From an uncultured cyanobacterium (lineage in GTDB: Bacteria; Cyanobacteriota; Cyanobacteriia; CAKZMO01), in NCBI GenBank assembly GCA_963719515.1, contig CAVRCJ010000004.1:95555-159554 (forward strand): 64,000 nucleotides of DNA, in the 5' to 3' direction. This document shows, piece after piece, positions 55,306-64,000 of this stretch. How positions within the stretch are numbered: position 1 is the stretch's first letter; every line of letters starts with the position of its first letter. The notes beneath the pieces are model-generated. The model did not search any database. It saw nothing but the letters and a program-made list of their open reading frames with translations, and had not been told where the DNA came from. A program made the translations under genes and the position numbers.

Positions 55306-55740
55306 TTACTTTGCGAATAGCTCCGAGTCGATATTTCTAAATGCTTTAAACTCCAGAGCGTTACCCGAAGGATCTAGAAAAAACATTGTGCCTTGTTCTC
55401 CAGGCTGCCCTTTAAACCTTATGTAAGGCGCAATGACAAAATCATCAACGAACTCGCTAGCTCTTTGAGCGAAAACTTCCCAGTCGTCAAAGGTCATAAC
55501 GACGCCACAGTGAGGCACCGGCACGCCGTGTCCGTCTACCAGATTTGAAATACTGGTTATCTTTCCAGCTTTGCCGATTTGCGGGTTGAGGTGGGTGACA
55601 AACTGGTGGCCAAACATATTAAAATCAATCCAGTTTTCCGCGCTTCTGCCCTCGGCAAGCCCCATCTTCGCGCCGTAGAAGTCCCTAGCCTCGTCAATAT
55701 CGCGAACCTGGACCGATAGATGAAACGGCGTTAGCGGCAT
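55306..55740 (-). CDS. VOC (glyoxalase/dioxygenase) family protein
   Basis: PFHL, EGRS...W.DF...GHQ, VPVPH.G, DPSGNALEFK; GGAGGA RBS before ATG 55740. Confidence 0.88.
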   Translation of the reverse strand: MPLTPFHLSVQVRDIDEARDFYGAKMGLAEGRSAENWIDFNMFGHQFVTHLNPQIGKAGKITSISNLVDGHGVPVPHCGVVMTFDDWEVFAQRASEFVDDFVIAPYIRFKGQPGEQGTMFFLDPSGNALEFKAFRNIDSELFAK

Positions 55741-55952
55741 CACTCCTCCATACGCGAATGTGCGCGCGTCAGTAGTCAGCGGCAAACGGGGTCATTTCCG
55801 ACTGCCTTACGAAAACAATATAGGCTACTCGCGCAGCGCTATCCAAACAGTTTGTTTCCTGCAGCACATTTATCCCCTTAGGGCCTGATAACGTAGTGCT
55901 GATACAGCTTTAAAAAGACTGAGCCCCGCGCGCTTTACAATTTTCTCCTCAG

Positions 55953-56810
55953 ATGATACCCAGCTGGAAAACGGTAAAACCCTACGTCCTAGCAGCACCT
56001 CAGGCGATCGCCCTGTGCCTGTTCCTGGTTTTCCCCATTGCGCTAATCGCGGTGGTGAGCTTCTGGGAGTTCAACGGGTATTCCATGACGCCCGCCTTCA
56101 CGCTGGACAACTACGCCGGCATCTTCACCTCCGACGTCACCCTCAAAACCTACCTCAACACCTTTAAGTTCGTGGGCTTGGTGTGGTTGGTGACGCTGCT
56201 CATCGGCTATCCCGTGGCCTACTTCTTGGCCTTCTGCGTGCCCAAGCTGCGCTGGCAGGTGCTGCTATTTTTGCTCTGCACTATCCCCTTCTGGACCTCT
56301 AACATCATCCGCATGATTTCTTGGGTGCCGCTGCTGGGAAAGGAGGGGCTGGTGAATCAGATTTTGCTGGGAAGCGGGTTACTAGACCAGCCCCTGGAAT
56401 TCTTGCTTTACTCCGATTTTGCGGTGGTGCTGGGGCTGGTGCATCTCTACGTCATTTTTATGATTGCGCCCATATTCAATAGCCTCATGCGCATCGATCG
56501 CACCTTAATTACTGCAGCAGAGGACATGGGAGCCTCGGGCCTAGCGGTGTTTCAGGAGGTGGTGCTGCCCCTGTCGGCTCCCGGCATCGCCATTGGCTCT
56601 ATTTTTATCGTCACCCTGGTAATGGGGGAGTTTGTCACGGTGCGGCTGATGGGGGGCGGGCAGGCGGCGTCCATCGGGAAACTGATTCAAACGCAGATTG
56701 GCAGCCTGCAGTATCCGCTGGCGGCGGCGAACGCCATGGTGCTGCTGCTGGTGACGCTGCTGCTGGTGGTGTCCATTTTGCAGGTGGTGAACATTCGCAA
56801 AGAACTTTAG
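55953..56810 (+). CDS. ABC permease, PotB-like
   Basis: GYPVAY, PFWTS..IR..SW, AA.D.GA, PLS.PGI; the stop codon TAG is part of the TTTAG target of copy B. Confidence 0.9.
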   Translation: MIPSWKTVKPYVLAAPQAIALCLFLVFPIALIAVVSFWEFNGYSMTPAFTLDNYAGIFTSDVTLKTYLNTFKFVGLVWLVTLLIGYPVAYFLAFCVPKLRWQVLLFLLCTIPFWTSNIIRMISWVPLLGKEGLVNQILLGSGLLDQPLEFLLYSDFAVVLGLVHLYVIFMIAPIFNSLMRIDRTLITAAEDMGASGLAVFQEVVLPLSAPGIAIGSIFIVTLVMGEFVTVRLMGGGQAASIGKLIQTQIGSLQYPLAAANAMVLLLVTLLLVVSILQVVNIRKEL

Positions 56811-57202
56811 CTACTAGACAGGAAGCCCCGCGCTCTACCCGTCAGGGTGAGCGTCGGGATGAGAGTCGCGCTAGCCGAAGTGCGCCCGCAAAATGATGCA
56901 CAGCGGATAGTGCGCTCAGCGCTGAGGCTAGCAGTTGGTATGATAGAGATAGCAAGGTGATACACCCCGCAAAGAGTGTGACGGGCCCGTAGGCGAAAGC
57001 TGCAAGTCACCCGTTCCTCAGTTTGCAAATGTATCTGCGACACATAGTGCGTATCCTCCCTCGCGGAGATGAAAATTCAAAACTCTGCCGTGGGGCATCA
57101 GGCGGAGTATAAACCTATCTCAGGATATGTCTCGGCAATAGCTGGGAGTCACTGAGGAAGCCCGCGCTGTACAGCTTGCTGTCAGCGTCGGGAGGATGTC
57201 AC
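56811..57202 (+). mobile_element. Non-autonomous IS200/IS605-family mini-element (copy B, 392 bp)
   Basis: TTTAG|CTACTAGACAGGAAGCCCCGCGCT..AGCGTCGGG ... GAAGCCCGCGCT..AGCGTCGGGAGGATGTCAC; inverted near-identical copy of A. Confidence 0.88.
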
Positions 57203-57392
57203 GCGGTAGGCTCCTCGCTCGTCGATATTGGAATAGGAGTAGCGTTGCCGACTGGGGGTATACATTTTGTCAGGATACGGCAGTGCCTTGTCCCTACCGC
57301 CTGACTTTGGACCTACCCAAGACCGGGAATTCATACCTAGAGTCATCAATTCCGTCAACGCCGGAAATCTCTAAACCGATGTTCTACTCGGA

Positions 57393-60300
57393 ATGCCCAC
57401 TGCTGGAATGAACGAGTCAGCTCTAAAGTCTCACGATCGCCCCTTTCATGTTTTGGCGTGCCTACTGAGCCTAGGCGTGATCGGCCTAGGAACGCTTGTC
57501 GTCGTCGGCTGGATTTTCAACGTTGATGGACTGAAGGGGGTTTCGCCCGATCTGCCGACGATGAAGGTGAACACGGCCCTGTGCCTGCTGCTGGGCGGGA
57601 CATCGCTGTCATTGGCCCAAATCACAACCCTGCCCCAGGTGGGGCGGTGGCGACGGAGCTGCCAGTTTCTCAGCCTGTGTCTTGCGGGGCTGATGGTTTG
57701 GCTGGGAGGCAGTACGCTGCTGGAATACGGGCTGGGGACCGACCTGGGAATTGATCAATGGCTGATTCTCCAGCCGGAGCCGTCTGGAAGCCTCGCCGCT
57801 CCTGGGCGCATGGCCCCTAACACCGCGATCGCCTTTTGGACGCTGGGTATAGCGCTAATATTCGTGCAGTACCCGGTGACCTGGTGGGGGGCGCAAGCGC
57901 TGGCCGCGCTGGCCGGCTGTATTAGCTTTGTTGCCCTGTTGGGATACCTCTATGGGGCCATTCCTTTCTACGGCGTAGGCTCACTGACGGGAATGGCCCT
58001 GCACACGGCCCTGGGCTGTCTCGCCCTCAGCTTGGGGATCCTGTGTCTATACCCCCAGCGGGGACTGTTGGCCATTGTGGTTGGGCCTGACCTGGGCAGT
58101 CGGCTGTTGCGGCGGCTGTTGCCCTTGCTGCTGGTAATTCCACCGACGATTTGGGGCATTGCCGAAAGCGAGTGGCTGCAAAACTACTACGGCGCTGACT
58201 ACGCCGAGGCGATCGCCAGCACCGTCAATATCCTTCTGCTGTCGGCCATTGTCACCTGGACTGCCCATCAGCTCAATCAGCTCAGCCGCAGGGAAGGGGC
58301 CGCTCGGCGGGAGCTTGAGGTCTCTCAAAAGCGGCTCAAGGGCATATTACAGCATGTGCCCGTTGGTGTTTTTCAAACCACGACGGCGGGGCAGTGTACA
58401 TACGTCAATCAGCGCTGGTCAGACATGACCGGACTGACGCTAGAACAGGCCCGGGGGGACGGATGGATCGCTGCGCTCCACCCCGTGGACCGCGAAGCCG
58501 TCTTTACCGAATGGCAGCAGTCCATTGAAGGCGACCGCCCTTTCGTGCTGGAATATCGCTTCATTAAGCCAAGAGGAGAAGTGGTTTGGGTCCAGGGTAA
58601 TGCTGTGGCCCTACGCAGCGACGCCGGGGAGGTGATTGGCTATTTGGGCAGCACCCTAGATATTTCTGAGCGGAAACAGGCAGAGATCACGAATCAGGCG
58701 CTGATTCAGGCGATTCCCGACTACCTGGTACATATCCGACAGGACGGAACCTACGTCGATGTTTTAAACAAAAGCAGTACGTCCGTAGATCTTTTATATC
58801 CCGAGGCCAACGTGCCAGGATGCCACATTACAGATGCGCTGCCCCGCGATCTTGCCGCCGAGCGCATGAGCTACGTGCGCCGCGCTCTAGCCACGGGCCA
58901 AACCCAGCAGTATGAGTATCAGATCACCGTTCGGGACTGCCTTTACGACGAAGAGGCGCGGTTGATTCCCCTGGATGACGTCAACGTCTTGGCGGTGATT
59001 CGCGATATCACCGGACAAAAGCAAAAAGAGCAGTTCCTCAAACAGGCCAAACAGCAGGCAGAGGCCGCTAACCGGGCCAAAAGTGAGTTTTTGGCCAACA
59101 TGAGCCACGAAATTCGCACGCCCATGAACGCCGTTTTGGGGTTTGCCGAACTGCTGCAGCCCATGATTACGGAGGCGATCGCGCAAGATTACCTGCGGGC
59201 GATCGCCTCCAGCGGAAAAACCCTGCTGGGCCTGATTAACGACATCTTAGACCTGTCGAAAATTGAGGCCGGGCGACTCGAACTCTATCTAGAGGCCGTC
59301 GATATCCGCATGCTGGCGCAGGATGTCTGCGCTATTTTCAGTCAAAACGCCCGCAGCAAAGCCATCGGCCTTGCCCAAACCGTTGCCGCAGAGGTCCCCC
59401 GCTACCTGCTGGTTGATGAAATCCGGCTGCGTCAGATTTTGTTCAACGTGGTGGGCAACGCCCTTAAGTTCACTGAGGCGGGCCAGGTCAACATTTGCAT
59501 CGACCTCTGCGCGCCCCCCTGTCCATCACCCGGCTCGCCAGCATTATCCAACGCCAATCAGGTTTGCCTCCAGATTGTCGTTCAAGATACGGGAATTGGT
59601 ATTGCCCCGACCCAGCAAGCCCGCATCTTTGAAGCCTTTACCCAAAGCCAAGGTCAGAGCGCCCGCGAGTTTGGGGGCACCGGTCTAGGACTCGCCATCA
59701 CCCGACGCCTGGTTGACTTGATGGGCGGTGAAATCACCGTCACCAGCCTGCTGGGACAGGGCAGCAGCTTTACCTTTTTCTTTCCCGAGGTCGAAATCTC
59801 TGTCCCCAAAGCAGCTTCGGTGGTCTCAGACACCACCGACATCAATCTTCGCCAGTTTGCGCCCGCTCGCCTCTTGATTGTGGATGACGTCGCCTCCAAC
59901 CGCGACGTGCTTGCCGGCTATTTTCGCGGGACGCCCCACACCCTCGCCTTTGCCGAGAACGGCGAGGCGGCGGTGCGTTTGGCTCTCACCTGGCAGCCTG
60001 ACGTAATCTTGATGGATCTGCGGATGCCCCGCATGGATGGTCTAGAGGCCTCTCGCCGCCTTAAGGCCACAGAAGCGACTCGCCACATCCCCATCGTGAT
60101 AGTGACCGCTTCATCCCAGGCACAAGACGAAGTTGCGCTAAGAGAGCTATGCGAGGGATTTATTCGCAAACCCGTCAGCTATGGCAGTTTGGTCGCGGCC
60201 CTGAAGTCGGTGATGGCGATCGCGGAGCCTGCCCCATCGGCGATGCTCTTGCCATCCCCCAAGGCCGAAACAAAAATCAGACCAGATTCAGCGGCAGCCC

Positions 60301-60590
60301 TATCCTCAGAGCAGCGTCAGCGCCTTATCCAACAGCTACAGTCTCTGGCGACTACCCTCTGGGAACCGCTGCAGCAAACCCTGTCGGTAGATCAAGTTGA
60401 GGCATTCTCAGCTACTTTGAATCAGCTGACAGCTGAGATGCCCTATCCCCCGCTATCGCAGTACGCCCAAACCCTAACCCAGCAGCTAGACGACTTTGAC
60501 TGGACAGCGATTCCCCAGACTGTAGCTGCATTTATGCCTCTGCTGCACAACCTCACGGAGGGAGCGGTGCACCCCATAGAACCTATTTAA
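57393..60590 (+). CDS. Membrane-bound hybrid histidine kinase (TM region, PAS x2, HisKA, HATPase, REC)
   Basis: [52 protein letters not shown]. Confidence 0.95.
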   Translation: MPTAGMNESALKSHDRPFHVLACLLSLGVIGLGTLVVVGWIFNVDGLKGVSPDLPTMKVNTALCLLLGGTSLSLAQITTLPQVGRWRRSCQFLSLCLAGLMVWLGGSTLLEYGLGTDLGIDQWLILQPEPSGSLAAPGRMAPNTAIAFWTLGIALIFVQYPVTWWGAQALAALAGCISFVALLGYLYGAIPFYGVGSLTGMALHTALGCLALSLGILCLYPQRGLLAIVVGPDLGSRLLRRLLPLLLVIPPTIWGIAESEWLQNYYGADYAEAIASTVNILLLSAIVTWTAHQLNQLSRREGAARRELEVSQKRLKGILQHVPVGVFQTTTAGQCTYVNQRWSDMTGLTLEQARGDGWIAALHPVDREAVFTEWQQSIEGDRPFVLEYRFIKPRGEVVWVQGNAVALRSDAGEVIGYLGSTLDISERKQAEITNQALIQAIPDYLVHIRQDGTYVDVLNKSSTSVDLLYPEANVPGCHITDALPRDLAAERMSYVRRALATGQTQQYEYQITVRDCLYDEEARLIPLDDVNVLAVIRDITGQKQKEQFLKQAKQQAEAANRAKSEFLANMSHEIRTPMNAVLGFAELLQPMITEAIAQDYLRAIASSGKTLLGLINDILDLSKIEAGRLELYLEAVDIRMLAQDVCAIFSQNARSKAIGLAQTVAAEVPRYLLVDEIRLRQILFNVVGNALKFTEAGQVNICIDLCAPPCPSPGSPALSNANQVCLQIVVQDTGIGIAPTQQARIFEAFTQSQGQSAREFGGTGLGLAITRRLVDLMGGEITVTSLLGQGSSFTFFFPEVEISVPKAASVVSDTTDINLRQFAPARLLIVDDVASNRDVLAGYFRGTPHTLAFAENGEAAVRLALTWQPDVILMDLRMPRMDGLEASRRLKATEATRHIPIVIVTASSQAQDEVALRELCEGFIRKPVSYGSLVAALKSVMAIAEPAPSAMLLPSPKAETKIRPDSAAALSSEQRQRLIQQLQSLATTLWEPLQQTLSVDQVEAFSATLNQLTAEMPYPPLSQYAQTLTQQLDDFDWTAIPQTVAAFMPLLHNLTEGAVHPIEPI

Positions 60591-60824
60591 GCGTCCTCAC
60601 GGTGACTTGGCGATCGCGAATTTCATGTTTTCTTAAACACTGAAGACAGAAGGGTATCAAACCGGTACATTAAATCTATATGTGAATGATTATCTTTGGA
60701 GTTTCTCAGGCCGGATTTCTCCGACTTGCGTCCCCGCCTCAGATCAAGTGCGTTGTTTTTACCGACCCCTCGACGTAGTACATCCCGCTGTCTACTCTCT
60801 AGCTCTATACCGGGGTGACCTATT

Positions 60825-62531
60825 GTGAAACCTCTCGCTCCCGCAGTTGCCACATCTAGCCTGATTTTGATTGTTGACGATCAACCAGCTAACCTCAAAG
60901 TGCTGCGCGGGCTGTTTGCCAACATGGGGCATCGGCTTACCTTTGCCGCGAGCGGGCAGCAGGCCCTTGAGCGAGCCCGCTCCGCCCAACCCGACTTAAT
61001 TTTGCTAGACTTGATGCTGCCCGACATGAGTGGCTTAGAGGTATGTCAACGGCTCAAGCAAGCGGAAAGCACCGCCGACATTCCCATTATCTTTTTGACG
61101 GCCAGCCACGAACTCGACCACCTGCTAGAAGCCTTTGAGCAGGGCGCTGTGGACTACGTCACCAAGCCGTTCCGCTCATCTGAGCTGTTGACCCGCGTGC
61201 GGCATCACCTGTTGCTCCAAAATACAAAAGCTGCCCTGGCCGAGATCAATCATCATCTGGAGGAACAAGTTCAGCAGCGTACGGCTCAGCTTCGGCAGGC
61301 GCTTACTTTTACGGACATTTCTCAGCGCATTATTGAGCGCGTCCGAGACAGCTTGGATGAAACCCAAATCCTTTCAACGGTGGTGCATGAGCTGACCCAG
61401 GTGCTGGCATTAGAGCGAGCACAAACCGGTCTCTATAACGTAGCTGCAGAGACCTCTACCATTACTCAAGATTACGCAGTTTCTTCCAGTGTAGATAGGG
61501 TGAATCGGTTTGCGGACTATCAAGACATTTATAACCCGCTGCTGCAGGGCGAGACCATTCAGCGCCTCCTGCCCGCAACGCCGGCGCACCAGGTGCATCA
61601 GCTTACAGAGGCCGCGACGCTTCTAGCCTGTCCGCTCCAGCACGAGCGCGAAATTATTGGTGACCTGTGGCTCTACCGACTTCACCAGCAGCCTTTTAGC
61701 GACAATGAAATTCAGCTCGTAGAGCACGTCGCGGCCCAAAGCGCGATCGCCATTCGTCAAGCCCGCTTCTACCGGGCCTCCCAAGCGCAAGTCGAAGAGC
61801 TAGAGCGCCTCAACTACGCCAAAGACGACTTTTTGAAGACCATTTCCCACGAGCTGAAAACGCCGCTGACGACCATCAAAGCCGCTGCAGGCACCCTCGG
61901 CATATTATTTCAACAGCCCGACTGGCGATCTAAAGAAGCGCAGATTGCCCAAGAATCGCTCAATTTTTTAAACGAAGGATGCGATCGCGAAATTCAGATT
62001 GTCAACAATCTATTGGAGCTCGTCCATCTCGATATCGGCACCGTAGACTCGATGATGGAGCTGACGGATATTCCCACCATAGTGGAGGGAGCGTCTCGAT
62101 TTCTCAGCCAGCGCTTCAGTCAGCGCAACCTTACGCTAAAAATAAGCCTTTCCGAGACCCTGCCGCTGCTGTTAACCCACGCTGAGATGCTGGAGCGCAT
62201 CTTGCTGGAGCTGCTCGACAATGCCTGTAAGTACACGCCGCCCGGAGGAAAAGTCGAAGTGGCCGCATCCCACAGCGATCGCGCCGTTGAATTCACGGTG
62301 AGTAATTCGGACGTTACCTTACCGGATGAAAATCTCGATCGCATGTTTGAAACGTTTTATCGCTTACCCCAGCCCGATCGCTGGCAGCATGACGGCGTCG
62401 GGCTGGGGTTAGCTCTGGTGAAAAAGCAGGTGGACTACTTGGGCGGGAGCATTTCCCCGCACTACGACAACCGGTGCCTCACCTTTAAGCTCAGCTTTCC
62501 CTTGCGAAATCCCAGAGAGTTGGTAAGGTGA
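60825..62531 (+). CDS. Hybrid histidine kinase (REC, GAF, HisKA, HATPase)
   Basis: ILIVDD, LLDLMLP, DYVTKPF, GAF region, SHELKTPLT, NACKYT, G.GLGL; the stop codon lies in the first bases of copy D's right end. Confidence 0.93.
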   Translation: MKPLAPAVATSSLILIVDDQPANLKVLRGLFANMGHRLTFAASGQQALERARSAQPDLILLDLMLPDMSGLEVCQRLKQAESTADIPIIFLTASHELDHLLEAFEQGAVDYVTKPFRSSELLTRVRHHLLLQNTKAALAEINHHLEEQVQQRTAQLRQALTFTDISQRIIERVRDSLDETQILSTVVHELTQVLALERAQTGLYNVAAETSTITQDYAVSSSVDRVNRFADYQDIYNPLLQGETIQRLLPATPAHQVHQLTEAATLLACPLQHEREIIGDLWLYRLHQQPFSDNEIQLVEHVAAQSAIAIRQARFYRASQAQVEELERLNYAKDDFLKTISHELKTPLTTIKAAAGTLGILFQQPDWRSKEAQIAQESLNFLNEGCDREIQIVNNLLELVHLDIGTVDSMMELTDIPTIVEGASRFLSQRFSQRNLTLKISLSETLPLLLTHAEMLERILLELLDNACKYTPPGGKVEVAASHSDRAVEFTVSNSDVTLPDENLDRMFETFYRLPQPDRWQHDGVGLGLALVKKQVDYLGGSISPHYDNRCLTFKLSFPLRNPRELVR

Positions 62532-62976
62532 CATACTCCCGACGCTCATCTTTTAGATGGAGCGCGGGCTTCTTGGCTCACGCACCACAATTTAATGGAT
62601 GCCGCGCAAGAAGGTTTCCTGCTTCATCTGGTCCTGTCTAGTTACGCAGCAAGCCGTGCAACCCCGATTAGATCCCATCGACAGGCGATTTGTTTAATGT
62701 CCAGGCAATGACCAACCCCAGACAGTGACGAGTATTCAATTTCCAGCTACGTTTTCTACCGTCTGCACTGTTCACCAGCCAAGGGCTGTACGTTTGTGTC
62801 AGGATAGCAGGCCGCCGCCATGAAATAGTTTGAGCTTGGTTCAATTGTACCCTTTGCTCGCCTCGGCGCTGCCCTTAATTGCCGCCTTCGGCATCCAGTC
62901 AAGGGCGCACCTCGACTCGCTCGCTTACATCCCGACGCTGATGCTGCGCATACAGCGCGGGGCTTTCACGAACTAG
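62528..62976 (-). mobile_element. Non-autonomous IS200/IS605-family mini-element (copy D, 449 bp)
   Basis: Minus strand: TTTAG|CTAGTTCGTGAAAGCCCCGCGCT..AGCGTCGGG ... GCCTGTCGA..TGAAGCAGGAA ... GAAGCCCGCGCT..AGCGTCGGGAGTATGTCAC. Confidence 0.86.
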
Positions 62977-62993
62977 CTAAAGAGAACCCATCC

Positions 62994-63791
62994 ATGAAGC
63001 GATCGCCCTCGTTCTACCTGCTCGCGGCTTTCTTCGGACTATTTCTCCTGTTTCTCTACGGCCCGATGTTCACCATCTTTATCCTGTCGCTGCAGGGGCC
63101 CGACGGGGCGCTCACCTTTCCCGTGCGCAGCTTTGGGTTCTACTGGCTCGGTCAGGTGTTTCAAGAGCAGCGGGTGGGCAATTTTGTAGAACCGTTTCAG
63201 CGATCGCTCGTGTTGGGCGCAGTGGTAACGCTGCTGGCGGCAGGTATCTCGATGCTAGGGGCGATGGCGTTTCGGCTGCGGTTTCGCGGGTCTACAGCGC
63301 TGTTTTACCTCACGGTAGCGAGTTTGATTGTGCCCAGCATCTTGATTTCTTTGGGGCTAGGGGTGATGTTTCAGGTGATGGAATGGCCTACCCGCTGGTA
63401 CACCTCAGGCTTGGGAGCCCATTTGACCTGGACGCTGCCCATCGCCTTCTTAATCATGCTGGGGGTGTTTAACCGCTTTAATCCAGCGTATGAAGAGGCG
63501 GCTCGGGATTTGGGGGCTGGCGATGTCCGCACCTTTTGGGAGGTGGTGCTGCCGCTGGTGGCTCCTAGCCTGGCGGGGGTGAGTCTGCTGATGTTCACGC
63601 TGTCCTATGACGAGTTCACCCGGACGTCGTTGGTGTCGGGGCAGTACAATACCCTGCCTTTGGAGATCTTTGGCATGACGACCAACGTTACGTCTCCGGC
63701 GCTCTATGCCCTGGGTACGCTAACGACGCTGTTTTCAGGGAGCTTGATTGCTATTGCCTATGTGCTCTACCGGCGGTTTTCGATGCGCTGA
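62994..63791 (+). CDS. ABC permease, PotC-like
   Basis: FLYGP, EEAARDLGA, FTLSYDEF, TLPLEI. Confidence 0.9.
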   Translation: MKRSPSFYLLAAFFGLFLLFLYGPMFTIFILSLQGPDGALTFPVRSFGFYWLGQVFQEQRVGNFVEPFQRSLVLGAVVTLLAAGISMLGAMAFRLRFRGSTALFYLTVASLIVPSILISLGLGVMFQVMEWPTRWYTSGLGAHLTWTLPIAFLIMLGVFNRFNPAYEEAARDLGAGDVRTFWEVVLPLVAPSLAGVSLLMFTLSYDEFTRTSLVSGQYNTLPLEIFGMTTNVTSPALYALGTLTTLFSGSLIAIAYVLYRRFSMR

Positions 63792-64000
63792 TGGGATTGA
63801 CGCTGCGGCTGAGTGAGAATGCTGGGACCCTTGAGCAGTAGGATCGTTCGTTGGCGTATTAAGGATTTTTGCTTGAGCGCTTGGAGCTTAGGATTCAGCA
63901 CTGGCGCTGAACTGAAAGCCGTTGTCGAGCAGACTTGAGCATAAGTGGATTTGACTTGAGCTATAGGGCTTAACGCTTGAACAGTAAGGCTTTTTACAGA

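Noticed and set aside
55893..55905. GTA-N7-TAC upstream of the potB-like gene as an NtcA site
   Set aside because: Spacing is one base short of GTA-N8-TAC.
55909..55935. GAGCCCCGCG as a sixth cassette end
   Set aside because: Lacks the complementary AGCGTCGGG arm and the TTTAG or TCAC terminus.
56880..56888. GTGCGCCC resembling a group II intron 5' end
   Set aside because: No domain V/VI or RT ORF; the termini fit IS200/IS605 instead.
56953..57012. Partial likeness to a c-di-GMP-I riboswitch (AAAGAGTG.GACG)
   Set aside because: The expected GACG-CAAAGC junction and second stem are not in register; kept only as an unknown structured module.

Overview
Cyanobacterial chromosomal window: the HIP1 octamer GCGATCGC is abundant, and petN, txlA and a fused panC-cmk are present. 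From left to right it holds a Dpp/Opp-type ABC transporter (1-2217), a phosphite-type ptxABC transporter with no adjacent ptxD (2823-5480), a stand-alone allophanate-hydrolase C-terminal-domain gene, a ~24 kb Wzy-dependent exopolysaccharide cluster (8150-31806, with two frameshifted glycosyltransferases), a housekeeping block (piuC, txlA, petN, deoC, recO, rlpA, panC-cmk, gyrB, miaA, arsA-like, rhlE), and potB/potC-like permeases separated by two histidine-kinase genes. The most notable signal is non-coding: five ~390-450 bp protein-free IS200/IS605-family cassettes at 5521-5912, 6380-6818, 56811-57202, 62528-62976 and, degenerate, ~2366-2802. The four intact copies follow TTTAG, end in TCAC, and keep TnpA-type subterminal hairpins, an internal -10 box and a TnpB omega-RNA-like scaffold. 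No tnpA or tnpB is in the window. The cassettes sit at gene-module junctions, and two cargo modules (ptxABC and the kinase pair) are each bracketed by cassettes whose right ends face inward. All alignments were done by eye; no searches were run.
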